A stretch of 64,000 bases of DNA, from the NCBI RefSeq assembly GCF_030684315.1, contig NC_081363.1, positions 47,877,540 to 47,941,539 on the forward strand. Direction: 5' to 3'. The first letter of the stretch is position 1. Each line of letters opens with the position of its first letter. This DNA comes from Stegostoma tigrinum. Its lineage: Eukaryota. The notes under the pieces were generated by a model. The model did not search any database. It saw nothing but the letters and a program-made list of their open reading frames with translations, and was not told where the DNA came from. Of this stretch, positions 48,990 to 62,520 are shown one piece after another. The translations under genes were made by a program, and so were the position numbers.

Positions 48990-51900
48990 AGAAACATACA
49001 AAATAAATATAGAAGGCCATTTGGCCCATTGAGCCCACTCCAGCATTCAACGTGATCATGCTGATCCCCTGTCAGTGCTATACTCCTGCTGTCTCCCTAA
49101 ACCCCATGATACCTTTAGCGTCTAGAAAACTATCTACTACTTTCTAAAATGTATTCAGTGGCTTGGCCTCAACATCTTTTATAGCAGAAAACTCCACTAG
49201 TTCAACATTCTTTGATTGAAAAATTGCTCTTCAGCTCAGATCGAAATGTATTAGTGTCAAATTTCAACAAGATCATGTACTGCTCTCATCATGCACATCC
49301 TGAGACTGCCACTTCTTGTTTGAGAGATAGTAGAAGCTGCATATACTGGAGAATTTGAGATAACAAGGTGTAGAGCTGAATGAACACAGCAGGCCAAGCA
49401 GCATCAGAGGAACAGGAAGGCTGATGTTTCAGGCCCACACCCTTCTTTCGAAATGGGGGAGGGGAAAGCGGTACTGAAATAAATAGGGAGAGAGGGGGAG
49501 GCTGATAGAAGATGGATAGAGGAGAAGATAGGTGGAGAGGAGACAGACAGTTCAAAGAGGCGGGGATGAAACCAGTAAAGATGAGTGTAGGTGGGGAGTT
49601 AGGGAAGAGATAGGTCAGTCCAGGGAGGAGAGACAGGTCAAAGAGGTGGGATGACATTAGTAGGTAGGAGATGGGGGTGGGGCCTGAGGTGGGAGGAGGG
49701 GATAGGTGGGAGGAAGGACTGGTTAGGAAGGTGGGTACAAGCTGGGCTGGTTTAGGGATGCGGTAGGGAGAGGGGAGATTTTGAAGCTTGTGAAGTCCAC
49801 ATTGATACCATTGGGCTGCAGGGTTCCCAAGCGGAATATGAGTTGTGACTGGGAGGTGCAGTTGTTTAGTGCAAACCGACCGTAGGTGTTCTGCAAAGCG
49901 GTCCCCAAGACTCCATTTGGTTTCCCCGATGTAGAGGAGGTCACAACGGGAACAGCAAATGCAGTATACTACATTAGCAGATGTGCAGGTGAACATCTGC
50001 TTGATGTGGAAAGTCTTCTTGGGACCTGGGATAGGGCCCAGGGGAGAGGTGTAGGGGGGTTGTAGCACTTCCTGCGGTTGCAGGGAAAAGTGCCAGGTGT
50101 GGTGGTGCTGGAGGGGAATGTGGAGCGGACAAGGGAGTCATGGAGAGAGTCGTTCCTCTGGAAAGCAGACAAGGGTGGGGATGGCAAAATGTCTTTGGTG
50201 GTGGGTTCGGATTGCAGATGGCGGAAGTGTCGGAGGATGATGCATTGGATCCGGAGGTTGGTGGGGTACGTGAGGACGAGGGGGATTCTGTTTTGGTTGT
50301 TATTGCGGGGAGGGGGTGTGAGGGATGAGTTTCAGGAAATGCGGGAGACACGGTTGAGGGTGTTTTCGACAACTGTGGGGGGGAAGTTGCGGTCCTTGAA
50401 AAACGAGGACATCTGAGATGTATGGGAGTCGAATGCCTCGTCCGGGGAGCAGATGCAGTGGAGGCGAAGGAATTGGGAATAGGGGATGGCATTTTTGCAG
50501 TAAAGTGGGTGGGAGGAGGTGTATTCTAGGTGGCTGTGGGAGTCAGTGGGCTTGAAATGGATATCCGTTTCTTGGTGGTTGCTAGAGATGGAAACAAAGA
50601 GGTCCAGGAAGGAGACAGAGGTATTGGAGATGGTCCAGGTGAACTTAAGGTTGGGGTGGAAGGTGTTAGCGAAGTGGATGAACTGTTCTAGCTCCTCGTG
50701 GGAGCACGAGGTGGTGCCAATACAGTGATCAATGTAACGGAGGAAGAGGTGGGGTTTAGGGCTAATGTAGCTTTGTAAGACTGATTGTTCTACATAACCT
50801 ACAAAGCGGCAGGCATAGCTTGGACCCACCGCCAACACCAACACAATTCCACCCACAGCCGACGCCACATGGCACACCATCGACGCCGATGTCACTCTGC
50901 CCATCGCCTCCACAGCAGCTCCAGAGGAGACAGTGGCACCCAGCCCTGCTGAGTCTTCATCATCCCACCAGTCCTCCCCCTTACTGAGGACAAATGGTCA
51001 GTCCTCAGTAAAGGACCCAACTTTATCCCTCTCCACCCACACATCAACGAATACCGGTCACGCTTGCACGTTGAACATTTTTCCTCATGGGCCCAAACTA
51101 TGCCTATCTCTTTCAAGAAGTAAGCGCGGAGGTGGTGGAGAGACTGTGCAACCTCCTCCCACCTCAAGCCCCACCCACATCTCCTACTTACTCACCTCAT
51201 CCTGCCCCCTTGACCTGTCTGTCTTCTGTGGACTGACCTATCTTCTCCCTAACTCCCCACCCACACTCACATTTACTGGCTCCATCCCCGACTGTTTGAC
51301 CTGTTTGTCTCCTCTCCACCTATCTTCTCCTCTATCCATCTTCTATCTGCCTCCCCCTCTCTCCCTATTTACATCAGAATCCCCTTCCCCTCCCCCATTT
51401 CTGAAGAAGGGTCTGAGCCCGAAACATCAGCCTTCCTGCTCCTCTGTTGCTGCTTGGTCCGCTGTGTTCATCCAGCTCGACTTCTTGCTTGACCACTGGC
51501 CAGAAGAAACATCTTCCCTGCATCTAATATGTTGAGTTCTGTCAGAACTTAACACATTTCAGTGGGGGTCCCCTTTCATTCTTCTAAACTCCAGTGATAA
51601 AGGCCAGAAGATCAAATCTCTCTTCAGATGACAAAACTACCATCTAAGTAATAATTCTGGTGAACCTTCTCTACTCCCCATCTCTGGAAGGATATCTTTT
51701 CATTGGTAAGGTGACCAAAACTGCACACAATACTCCAGGTGTGTTCTCACCAAGGGCCCTGTATAGCTATATTAAGACTTCCTTGCTCCTATACTCAAAC
51801 TCTCTTGCAATGAAGGGCTACATACCACTTGTCTTCTTAATTGCAAGCTGCGCTTGCATGCTTACTTTCAATGACTGATGTACAATAACCGCCAGGGTTC

Positions 51901-52200
51901 TCTGTACTTCAACATTTCTCAATTTATAACTATTTAAACAATGTGGTGCCATTCTGATATTTCTACTGGTGGACAACTTTATATGTATCCACATTGTACT
52001 GCGCCTGTCGTGTATTTGTCCACTCACTCAACTTCACTAAATCATCCTGAAGCCTCTTTATGTCCTCCTCACTACTCACTCTCCATCCTAGTTATGTGCC
52101 ATTAGCAAAATGGGAAATATTATATTTGATTCCCTTATCCATATCATTGGTATATTGTTGAACAGCTGGGACCAAGCACTGATCCCTGCGGTATGCCACA
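48990..52200 (-). mobile_element. CR1-type LINE split by E8 (48990-49320 and 51480-52200)
   Basis: 3' UTR at 48990-49300 continues into RT-like sequence after 51490. Confidence 0.7.
49324..51479. mobile_element. Large palindromic Penelope insertion E8 (older subfamily)
   Basis: Left arm minus 49324-50829 with RYIDH and YIGET; right arm plus ~51155-51479; TSD acttcttg(t/c)ttga at 49311-49323 and 51480-51492. Confidence 0.88.
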
Positions 52201-53790
52201 TCCTTCCATTAATGAAACTGTCTGTAGTAAGCATGAGAGAGAAACACCATGTCATCAGAGAGCAGGTGCTCACCAATTCTGCCAGTTTAACTAATGGAGC
52301 TGACTTTTCTCCAATTGATTGCTCCCATGTTTGAATCCCAGACATTTTGCGAGCAGTCAGAGTGCAAATCTGCTTCAGCATTCATGCATTTTGAGCACTG
52401 CAGTGTTGGATACATGGGTTCCAACATTGATCTTTCGATGAGGACCTGAGACTTTAAAATTAATAAGAAACATTTATACGTATCATTGCTCACATCACAA
52501 GAGCAGCTATAAAATGAATTAGCCATATTCACTTGACAAATTGTGGGATGCTAGTCAGATATTTCACACATTGAAATTTTCTAAAAATTGCCTGCAATGT
52601 GCATTTATTTACTCTTTTCATTTTCTTCCCAACTTTTACCTGAGAGGGCAAACAGGGCTTTGTTTAAATTCTGATTTGACAACAGTGTAGTACCTGAGTG
52701 TTGGACTAGATTTCTGCAATCAAATCAAATCAAGAATTGGGAGTTAAAGCCAGAACCCTTGTGATTCAAAAATGTAAGTGCTATTAACTGATCCACGGCT
52801 AAAAAATCTCTGATGTGTTTTCTGGAGATGAAAGAAGGGTTGTAATTTGACACACAGTGATGAAATTTTCCAGTTCAGAGTGAGTGTAAGAAACAGCACT
52901 ATAAAGTTATTAATGTCCTGGAAAAAAAAGAGGAACTGGGTCTGAATAGAACTGGAATGAAGAGTGATCCACATATCCCACAAAAAGGCTATGCAAGATT
53001 AGCTGAGAGTCATTACATTTATTCGTAAGAAATGAATGGAGTTGAAGAAGGAAATATTCAATGTGAAAAAAGGTTCTGCCGGGTGGAGGAGAGCAGTTGA
53101 TGGAGACTTCTTAAACCACTTTTCATGGAAGAAGTGGTGATCTCTCAAACTGTCCAAGAAAGGGGTTGAAGGTGCATTGGGATTCAATGTTTGTGTTGAA
53201 AAGGAAACATTTAGGGCAAGGAAACTGTTGGTGTTGAGGCAACTTGCACACTTGATATTGGTCTACTTTTTCCTTCTCAAGCTTCTAAATTCCCTTCCAT
53301 TTTACAATTTTTTTTGCTTCCATTTCAAATTTACCCTGGTCTAATCCACCACCTCAATTATTCACCTGTTATGTGAAAATGGAAACTACTGAACATGATC
53401 AACAGGTCGGGCTGCATCTGTGAATAAACAGAGGTAACGTTTTGGAGTGATGGACTTTCATAAGTATACTTTTCTTAAATATACTATGTTAATATCACTG
53501 AACACTTAACACATTTTATTTTGAAGCAGTTTACAGATCATCCCCCTTTCTCTGTTTTCCTCTTGGAGGTGTAATTTTCTTCTCACAGACGCTGGCTGAT
53601 ACGACTGTGTTTCCAACATTTTCTGATTATAGTTACGGTCTTAATTAACCCAAAATATTAGGTTACCTATATCTGCTCAACAGATTTAAAAGATGCTATG
53701 TTAATGCCACTTTGTAAATTGCTCAGTCCATTTGTTCGGAACATGCTTGATTTGCATTTATCAGAAGCTGCGTAGTATTTTCCAAAATAC

Positions 53791-53877
53791 GGAGGTACCG
53801 ATGTTGGACTCGGGTGGACAAAGTCAGAAGTCACAAAACACCAGATTATACTCCAACAGGTTCATTTGAAATCACAA
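53791..53877 (-). repeat. Second copy of the repeat terminus seen at 849-902
   Basis: Reverse complement gives gtgacttctgactttgtccacccgagtccaacatcggtacctcc. Confidence 0.6.
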
Positions 53878-53949
53878 TACAGTGAATAGAGAACGCTGGG
53901 TTTGGTGATAAACCATAACAAAACAGCCACTAGACTAACAATTTTTTTC

Positions 53950-54670
53950 AGCGCGCAGCACCCTGGGATACTGGCAGTCCGATTTCGGAGGCCTTCGCTG
54001 CACGCAGCACCCTGGGATATTGGCAGCCTTATGGCCTAAAGTGCGGGAGGAGTGGCACTGTTGGTGGAGGTATCGGCGGTAATAACACCAGTAGTGTTGG
54101 GCGAATGTAACCCGAAAAAAATACGCGCTCTGGGTGCGAAGCCCAGGCGGGGTCTTACTAGTCCCGGTCCCTCCTATGAATCCCAGATCTGATTCTGAGG
54201 GACCGGTACAAGGCTCGATATCTCGAATCCAGGTGAGTTTTTTCCTTCTTTTTCCGCCACGTCCCGGGTGCGAGCGGCCCAGGATTTGGGGGCGGGGTGT
54301 GGTTGACCTGTGATTTTTGCGTCCTAGACGGGTTTAATTAATACATTTAGTTTTAATCGGATGCCTTTAAACACCGCGCGTTTGAATGTGGGAAGCACAG
54401 AGGTAGGCCACAGCCTCGGGCTGTGCTGTCAGGAGGTTCCCGCCTGTTGGTATTTGTACTGTGTGGTGGTTTGAGTAGCAGCAGTCTTCCTTCGACCCCC
54501 TCACCCGCGGTTCCTGAGAACCGCAACGGTAACTGTCACTGGCTGACGTACTGCGGGAAAAGCTGAACGCCGACCGTCGATCCAGGCATGCTGAGGTTGA
54601 CAATTGCAAATCTTTTATAGTTAAATTCGGACCAGACATTTAGTATTTGTACAGAGTTCGTTCGTACAAT
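53950..54670 (+). promoter_or_regulatory. Second CpG-island promoter with putative non-coding first exon ending at 54232; gene unidentified
   Basis: CpG-rich; strong donor ccag|gtgagt at 54233; GC box ggggcgggg ~54288-54297; no recognisable coding exon downstream in the window. Confidence 0.65.
53951..54028. promoter_or_regulatory. Direct repeat of two ZNF143/Staf-like sites
   Basis: cgcagcaccctgggata(c/t)tggcag twice, 49 bp apart; resembles the SBS consensus GCAnnCTGGGAnnTGTAGT. Confidence 0.5.
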
Positions 54671-57600
54671 CTCCGTCTTTCTGTTACGTAATTTTATTAC
54701 ATTTTATTCCCCTTTATTTGGTCTCATTAATGACCAGTTAAAGAACCATACACGATCTAATTCTGGAATAAGAAATATTCAGTTACTGCTAGAGCTGACC
54801 TAGGTTTTTGTGCTAATTTGATAACATTGCACCCCTCTGCTGAACTGGATATACTCAGTTTAAGCCATGGCAAAGGAAACTGGAAGATCCTTCCTTATCA
54901 ATCTTCCATGTCCGCTATACAGGTGTCTGATCCGTTGAGAAGTCCTGTTCATGTGTTACTGGAACTAAATGTGCCTAGTTGTCTTGTTTTTAAAAGTTTT
55001 TTTAAAAATGTACAAGTGTTTCTATGCAGTGTTATGGTTGGACATTTGTTTGGATGGCTTCATAACTTCATTTTAAAACAAAATTTTCCCTGTTTTTCTG
55101 TTGATGCTTTGTGCAGTGTCTTCTCTGTGCAGCCAGCACTTGCATGTGTTTGCACTTTTGCATCTGGTTTAAGGCTTTGTGAATTTAAACTTTGTGCTGT
55201 GATATAAACATGCATCCTCTGCTGTCATTCAGTTTGAGTGGTTTAGCAAAGCACGTTATGTCCAATGGCACTATTCAAAACACAGTTTGCCAGGTGTCAA
55301 CATTCTGTGCCTCCCAAACATCACCAAAAAACTAACTGGTTATTCGCTCATATTTGGTGTTGTGGATGAAGTCTGGCAGTTGCACTTGTAAGCACAACAG
55401 TCACTGAAGATATTTGCATAAATCTTGACAGCTTATGACGATATGTTCTATCATGGAGAGATATTGCAAATCTGGTTGCATTCTCACTTAATACTTCATA
55501 TTTGCAGACTAGCTGGTGTCCTTGGATAGTGGTGAGGAGTTGTAATTCCTCTGCATTTTTTAAAAATCTTGACGTAGGGACCAATATATCTGTAGTGTAA
55601 TTTGTGGCTTGTGAGAATACAGTTTTGAATTACTTCTTGTTTCATTCTGGATGTGAAATGCCTAATTTGGAATCAAAACATTCACACAGGTTGAAATGCT
55701 ATTATCATGTAGCATTGACTGACTGAATTTATTAGTTCAGCTGTCAGAAGCAGTAGCTACGGTGCACTCATTGTAATCAAGTACAAATGGCAAGGAATAA
55801 ATCTTTTCAGTGGAAACAAGACCTAACTCAGAAGATTTTTTTTTGAAAGCATGAAGCACTGACATCCAATTTTGAGCAGTATTAAAAAGTATGGATATGC
55901 TGGAAGATGCTGGTTTGTTGCTATTCTGCTGTGACAGCAGTTTTTACATTATTGGCGGATGCGTAGAGAAAGCAAGGAGGCAGAAACATAATCATGAACA
56001 TATGCAAATTTGTTCTTTTGCCTGTATGTGTAATTGACAGCAATTGAAAATATCTAAGGCTCTGTGTACAAGGAACTCTCACTGTCCTCGACCATGATTT
56101 GTCAAATGTTTAGTGTAGTGAAACCAATACGTTAAATGAAAATTACACTTACTATGGCTAAGTGTAGAGCTCCTCAGATTAAACCCACTAATATGAGAGG
56201 CCATTGCCCTACCATCAAAAGTAACGGACTTGTAGGCAATGGCAATTTCTGAATCGGCCTTTCAGCAGCCCTTTTAAGCTCAGAACCTTTTCATGTTTGC
56301 TCTTGCATTGTTCTTCTGTATAAATTTGTGGCATCTTGAAGATTGTGGCAATGGCTTTGTTTAGCTTTTTATTTGAATGTTTTTTGATATTAACTTAAAA
56401 ATTGACATCCGTGGTGTGGAGTAGGGCGTTGTGTGCGTTTCATTGAATATCTTCTGAAAGTGAATTGAAAATCTGTTTCTATCTAGGAGATTATACAATC
56501 ACAATAAGTTCAATTTGTTAAGGTGTCTGATAAAATTTGAATTGTTTCTTGCAATTATTGTTGAATTTTTATAGTTACCTATTTATCCTACCAAGGTATT
56601 TTAGTAAGTTCATTTCCCAAGCTTGGGTGCAAGGTTGCAGTGGATATTTCTTCTTGTGGGATTTGATTGGGTATTGGCATGTTAGTAATGTGCTGTACCA
56701 GGTTAAAATGAGCAATCTCAAATTTCAATAATAAATATCTAAGAAATATTTGTAATAACTTAAAAGTTCTGTTCTCCTTTTGGCATTAATGGTGGAGAAA
56801 ATTTGATATCGCTTTCGGAATCCAAATAGGAAATTAATATTCAGAAAAAAGAAGTGTAGATGTGTTTGAGGGCAGGCATGACATGTTGAATAATTAAAAA
56901 ATGGATGGCTTTATCAAACGTAAGTTACGTAAGACTCTAAAGGGAGTAACAAAGTAGATATAGAGAGGATGTTTCCTCTTGTGGAATAGTCTAGAAGGAG
57001 CACTAATAGATTTTGAATAAGGAGTAGCAGGTTTAAAACTGAGATGATAAGAAATTGCCTTTATTTTGTACTTTTTTTTTCAAAAAAGTTTTGGAATATT
57101 TGCATATCTGCACTACTCTGCATCAAGGGAGGATTCGAAGATTAATTACCATTGCCTCCACAATATACTATTTTTAATATCCTTAGGCATTTTCTGCTGC
57201 ATTGACCTTGCACGCTTCTTAACCACTAGATCATATTAAAACATAATTTTTAATTCTAGTGTGTCATGTCTTGAGATGGTTTATGTTTTAAAAGTGTTCT
57301 ATTAATGAAAGTGAGGTGTGTGTCTTACAAAGTGCACTGAGTTAAAACTTAATTGTGTTTCTGTCCTTTTTTAAATTTTCTTGTTACACTATTCGATGCT
57401 TTAAGTAGTTCTGCAGTCTATTGCCAAAAACATCAAAAATATCTGTTTTCTATAAAGAACACCTGACATCAGATGACTGTTTGGTCCCTTTTTTTAAAAA
57501 TGAAATGTGGTAAATTGCATGTTTAAAAGTGGGTGACATTGTTAGCTTCAGCGTTCCCAAAATAAATGCAGCACAGTTAGACTCATAAAGGTTCCTCTAT

Positions 57601-58879
57601 ACTGCCCTCTAGTAGGGTTGGGAAACTTTGGATGTGCTTTTACACTTTTTATACTGCATCTTGTGCCTTCTATGAGTGATATTAATTGTTTAGTGCTGAA
57701 TTGAGGGCAGTTATCTGCCTTGGACCGATACACAATAGGAATTCACATGAGGCAATCATCTGTCTTACTTCACTTGAGACTTCCATAACCAGCAGAAAGT
57801 GCAGCCATTCATCCTGTCATGTTGATTTGGTGAAAGATGAGTGTTAATCCTATTATAAAATGCAGCTCCTTTTAATGGCATTTCTTTAAAGTAATCCACT
57901 TAAAATCACACTCAAATCTCTCTTTCTACAAAATATTATCCTGGAGTGAAAGGCAAGATTTTAACCCAATCAAAGGCTTTAAATTATATGTACTATATGT
58001 CCAAAAATGTTACTAAGGAAATGTTAATGAGGAGTACTGTATGGAAATTGGCCACGATTTATCCAAATCCTAGGTACAGGAGCACTCAATTAATTTTGAT
58101 CAGTGGTGATTCTTGGTTAATATTTGAAGAGGATCTGTATTAGGAGAGTAATAGTCATAAAATTAATACTTGAGAAAATGAGAAGCCATTAGTAGTTGTA
58201 TGAGGATTTTGAAAGATGCTTAAAGTTTCAGTAAGAGACTAGTTGATAAAATTATCACACATTTTAAAGGCTGTGTGGCAGCAATAAGTTTAGTAGTCAG
58301 AATGCAGAGAGTAGTGTTTAACTTTTTTGGACTGTAAGAATCTAAATTACAGTTTTTCAGAGATCAGTGTGCAAAATAGCAATGATTTCCTGCAAGGGTG
58401 TTGCCACTGACCTCAAAGAAAGTTCCCCACAATGATCTACCAATTCTGTGGTGTGATTTTTTTTTCCCCCTTTTTTATTAGTGGCAATTTAAAATCTGGC
58501 ACTAAGTCAAGGGCATGGCTTGGCTGCAGCAACAGTGATGTCCGTAAAGAGGTGGACAGCAAATCTCATTGAATGATTCACACATATACCAGAAAGTTAA
58601 AAATGTTCAAAACCCATCACTTTGACTTTAACCTGAAAATTTAATGTGTTTGGATCAAGATAGCAACTAAGATAAAGATAAACTTTTTTAAAAAATGAAA
58701 TGTTTGGAATTTTTAGTCAATCTGGCAAAATTTGATATCCACAAACAGTCTGACTTTTTCAAAGGATTATTTAGCAAGAATATCCGCATGAGTGGAAATT
58801 ATTTCCAATTCAGTTGATCTCAATTGATTGCAGTGTGCAGGTACCTGAGGAGTGTAAAATACTGAGGTTGAAGATGTAT

Positions 58880-59250
58880 ACAAACATACCGAGCATGTCA
58901 GGAACAGAAATAGGCCATTCAGTCCTTTAAACCACTGAGTAAGATCATGGTTGATCTGTTTGTATCTGACTTCCACATTTCCATCTGCCCTTGATAAACT
59001 ATGATTTCTTTGCCCAGCAAGAATCTTTCAATCTCTGCCATAAAAATATTCTGAGACAGCGTTGCAAAATCTCTCAACCCTCGAAGAGAAGAAATTTTCC
59101 TCAACTCTTTTGTAAGATGGTCAAGACCTAATTTTAAAACATGGTCTCCCTTGTTCTGGAATCATCCACAAAAGTAAACATTCCTTCCACACCCGCCTTG
59201 TCAAGACCATTGTTAACCTGATAAACACTGGATTCAGCCACTTCAGACCG
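58880..59250 (-). mobile_element. CR1-type LINE 3' end
   Basis: aggccattcag...gatcatggttgatctg pattern as in 11820-12240. Confidence 0.7.
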
Positions 59251-59619
59251 TGAACTCTGTCCTTCATTTTGATTACTCCCACTGTCTTGTTTGCATGAGA
59301 TTGATCTTGGTGGAACTGACCACTTTCTGCTGTTAACACCAACAAATAATGCCCCCTGTTCATCTGTGTACCTTCTCTACTATAATCAGCACCCGCTTTG
59401 CATTTTTCTTTGGGCACCTCTTCGACCTCTTCCATTTGGTCTGCTACACCCTTCCTAAAGGCATAAAAACCATCACTTTTACAGCCCCTTTGGGGCAAGA
59501 GCAAAGTACTAATATGGGAAATGAAGATCAGTGAATGGTAGAAATGGTCAAAAAGACACAAAACTAAGAATATAACAGCAGAGAAGACTATTTTCTACCA
59601 ATATAAAAAACAAAATTAA

Positions 59620-61000
59620 AAAGGCACTGTATCTGAATGTCACAGTATTCGTAACAAAGTAAGTTAATTGACTGCATACGTTGAAGTGAATATGACCAGA
59701 CGCCATTACAGGAACATGACCAAGATTGTGTCCTTTAAACACACAATGTGGCATTCGGGGAAAACAGGAAGCTATATAAATATGGAGGGGTGGTGCTCCT
59801 AGTCAAAGATGGTATTGGTGCAATCATTAGAGGTGACCTGGATTTGGGAGGGCAGGATAGTTGGAGGTAAGGAAGTGTAGATGAGTATATTAAAATCAGT
59901 TTGGGCAGAGATGATGAATAGTAGGGGAAAGAAGTCACAAGGGGCTGAAATTTACAGATCCTCAAAAGTAACCACAATGGAGGAAAAACATGGTAGCAAT
60001 GAATAGAAGCTATGGATAAGAAGCTATGAGATACCCTGTGAAATGCCAGAAATAGTCTGTTCACAGGATTTGGCCTTAGTGGACAATTCAGGTACAAATG
60101 TGTAATTTTAGAACATAGTTAGGTTAATTTTGGCTGCATGAAAATTCTTCTTTATAGTTGAGAAAAATTTAAGCAAGTTACATATAGGCATTGGTTTACT
60201 TTCTGTACACCTTCTTGTACATCTAGTTATATCACTGAAGGAGGGAAAGAGTCAATTGCAGAAATTAGAATTAGAACACATGGAACAATTCTGTTGTTAT
60301 TTCTAATAAGATTTTTGTCAAGAATTTTAGTGAAGGATTTACTTATACATTTAAAAGACACTTTGATAAATACACGAATAAGAAGTGTTTGGAAGGATAT
60401 GGGCCAAGTTTAGGCAGGTGGGACTAGTTTATTTTGGGATTATGGTCACCATGGACTGATTGAACTGGAAGGTCTATTTCCGTGCTGTGTAACTTTAAGT
60501 ATACAAGAGGAAATATTGGGTGCTTGTGATAAAGGGGAAACAATATTTGTGGATGATTTTAATCTACATATAAACTGGAAACCAGATTGGCAATAATAGC
60601 CTTGATGAAGAGTTAACAAAATGCTTTTGAAATAGTTTTAGAGCAGCATGATGTGGAACCAACCAGAAAGCCGGCTCTATCAGACTTCATGTTGTGTGAT
60701 GTGATGCGATTAATAACCTCAGAAGAGAGGCATCTCAAGGAAGCAGCAGTGATCATTTGATTGAATTTTACATGCAGTTTGAAGCAGAGGGAAGTAGCGT
60801 TAAGACTTGTGCATTAAATTTACGTGAGGAAAACGACGTGGGCATTAAAACAGAGCTGGTTGAAGTGAACTGGAAAACTGTTAAGAAAGAGGAGAAATGA
60901 CAACAATTAGAGATATTTTAGAATATTCAGAATAAGTTCATGCTTCCTAATGAAGAAAAATCGTAAGGGAACCCACCATCAGTGGTTGACAATGGAAAAA
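59620..61000 (+). mobile_element. CR1-type LINE ORF2 endonuclease region, degenerate, with nested CR1 3' end at ~60340-60495
   Basis: Degenerate LYLN..SIRNK, AIT and GGVVLLVKD motifs of AP endonuclease. Confidence 0.6.
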
Positions 61001-61269
61001 GATGAATAGTGGCCTTGGTTAGAAATTTGGTGAGTCTTTCCTCTTGCAGTCTTTAAAAATTTATTTTGTGTTTAAGTTTTAGATTTACGAACAAGAACAA
61101 GAATAAAACAAGACCCTTTATATGTATTAAAATATTCATTGCACTAAAGGAAATACACCGAGAATAATTTAAAAGGTAAGTTGTGGCAAAGCAGCTTAGC
61201 CAGACAGTATGTTCCTCCTGTGTGTTGTGGGAAATCAGGGATACTTCCAGTGACCGGGGTGTCTCTACT

Positions 61270-62520
61270 CGCTCCTTTATATGTATATCCAGATCTCTTG
61301 TGAAACCACCTATTTATTCCACCTGGACTACTCTCCCAGGCAGCACATTCTAAATCCTAATACTCTCCAAGTAAAGATGTTCCTTCTCATCTCACTCCTA
61401 GCTCTGTTGCTGACAGTGTTGAAATTGTGGTTACTGACATACGAAATCATGAAAATAGAATATCCTTCTTTACCCTGTCAAAATTGCTCATAATTTTGAA
61501 AACCTCATTAAGGTCACCTTCTTCTATTAAATTTCTCTGCTCCAAGGAGAATAAACCCAATCCCTCTAATCTTTCCTTCTACCTAAAATCGTTCATTCCT
61601 GGTATCAATCTACTAAATCTCTACAGAACTGTCTCCAGGGCTTTAATGTCTTTCCTTAAATAAGGTGGCCAGAACATAATGCTGCATACGTGGTCTGACC
61701 AATGATTTGTAGAGGTTTAATATCTCTTCTTTGCTTTTATATTCTGTGCCTCTGTTTGTAAACCGAAGGATCTTATAAACGTTTGTAACAACTGTTTCAA
61801 CTTGCCTGGCCACCTTCAGAGAACAGTGAACAGTGAAGTCCCTTTACTGTTGGAATTCCTTCCTTAATGGTATTGTAGGTCAACCCACAGCACATTGTCT
61901 GCAGCTCACCAACACCTTCTCATGGGCACCTTGGGCAATAAATACTGGCCAGCCAGTGAGGCCCTCATCCTACAAATAAAAAAAGGAGTACGCCCCTTAA
62001 AGTTGGACCTTTGAGCCTATATTGTCTCTGTATTTCTTCTGCCAAAATGTGTGACCTCACATTTCTCTGCATTGAAATTCATCTGCTGGGTGTCTGCCTA
62101 TGTGCCCAACTTTTCAATGTCCCTGTGAAGTCACTCCACATCATCCTCACAATTCACTATGCTCCTCAGCTTAGTATCATTTACAAATTTCCAAATCATT
62201 ATATAAATCAGAGAAAGAAAGTCTCCCAAAACCGATCCCTGAGGAACGTCACTTTCAAATTGTCTCCAATCTGAGAAATGTCCATCAATACCTATCCTCG
62301 GCTATCTTTTAGCCAGTTTCTAATCCATATTGCCAAGGACCCATCAATCCCAACCATTTCTAATTTGCTTAATAACCTACTGTGTGGCACTGTATCTGAT
62401 GCTTTCAGAAAGTCCAAATATACAACATCCACTGCGTGTCACCTTGTCAGAGAAATTGAATTAAATTTTTCAGACGTAACCTACCCTTGACAAAGCTATA
62501 TTGACTGTCCTGTATTAACT
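61270..62520 (-). mobile_element. CR1-type LINE RT fragment, degenerate
   Basis: Minus gtggatgttgtatatttggactttctgaaagca ([10 protein letters not shown]) at ~62400-62432. Confidence 0.75.

Noticed and set aside
49420-49450. Hammerheads in E8 arms (also 51401-51428) as functional
   Set aside because: Core substitutions (GAAAC-ATC; damaged CUGANGA on the left arm), so likely inactive relics
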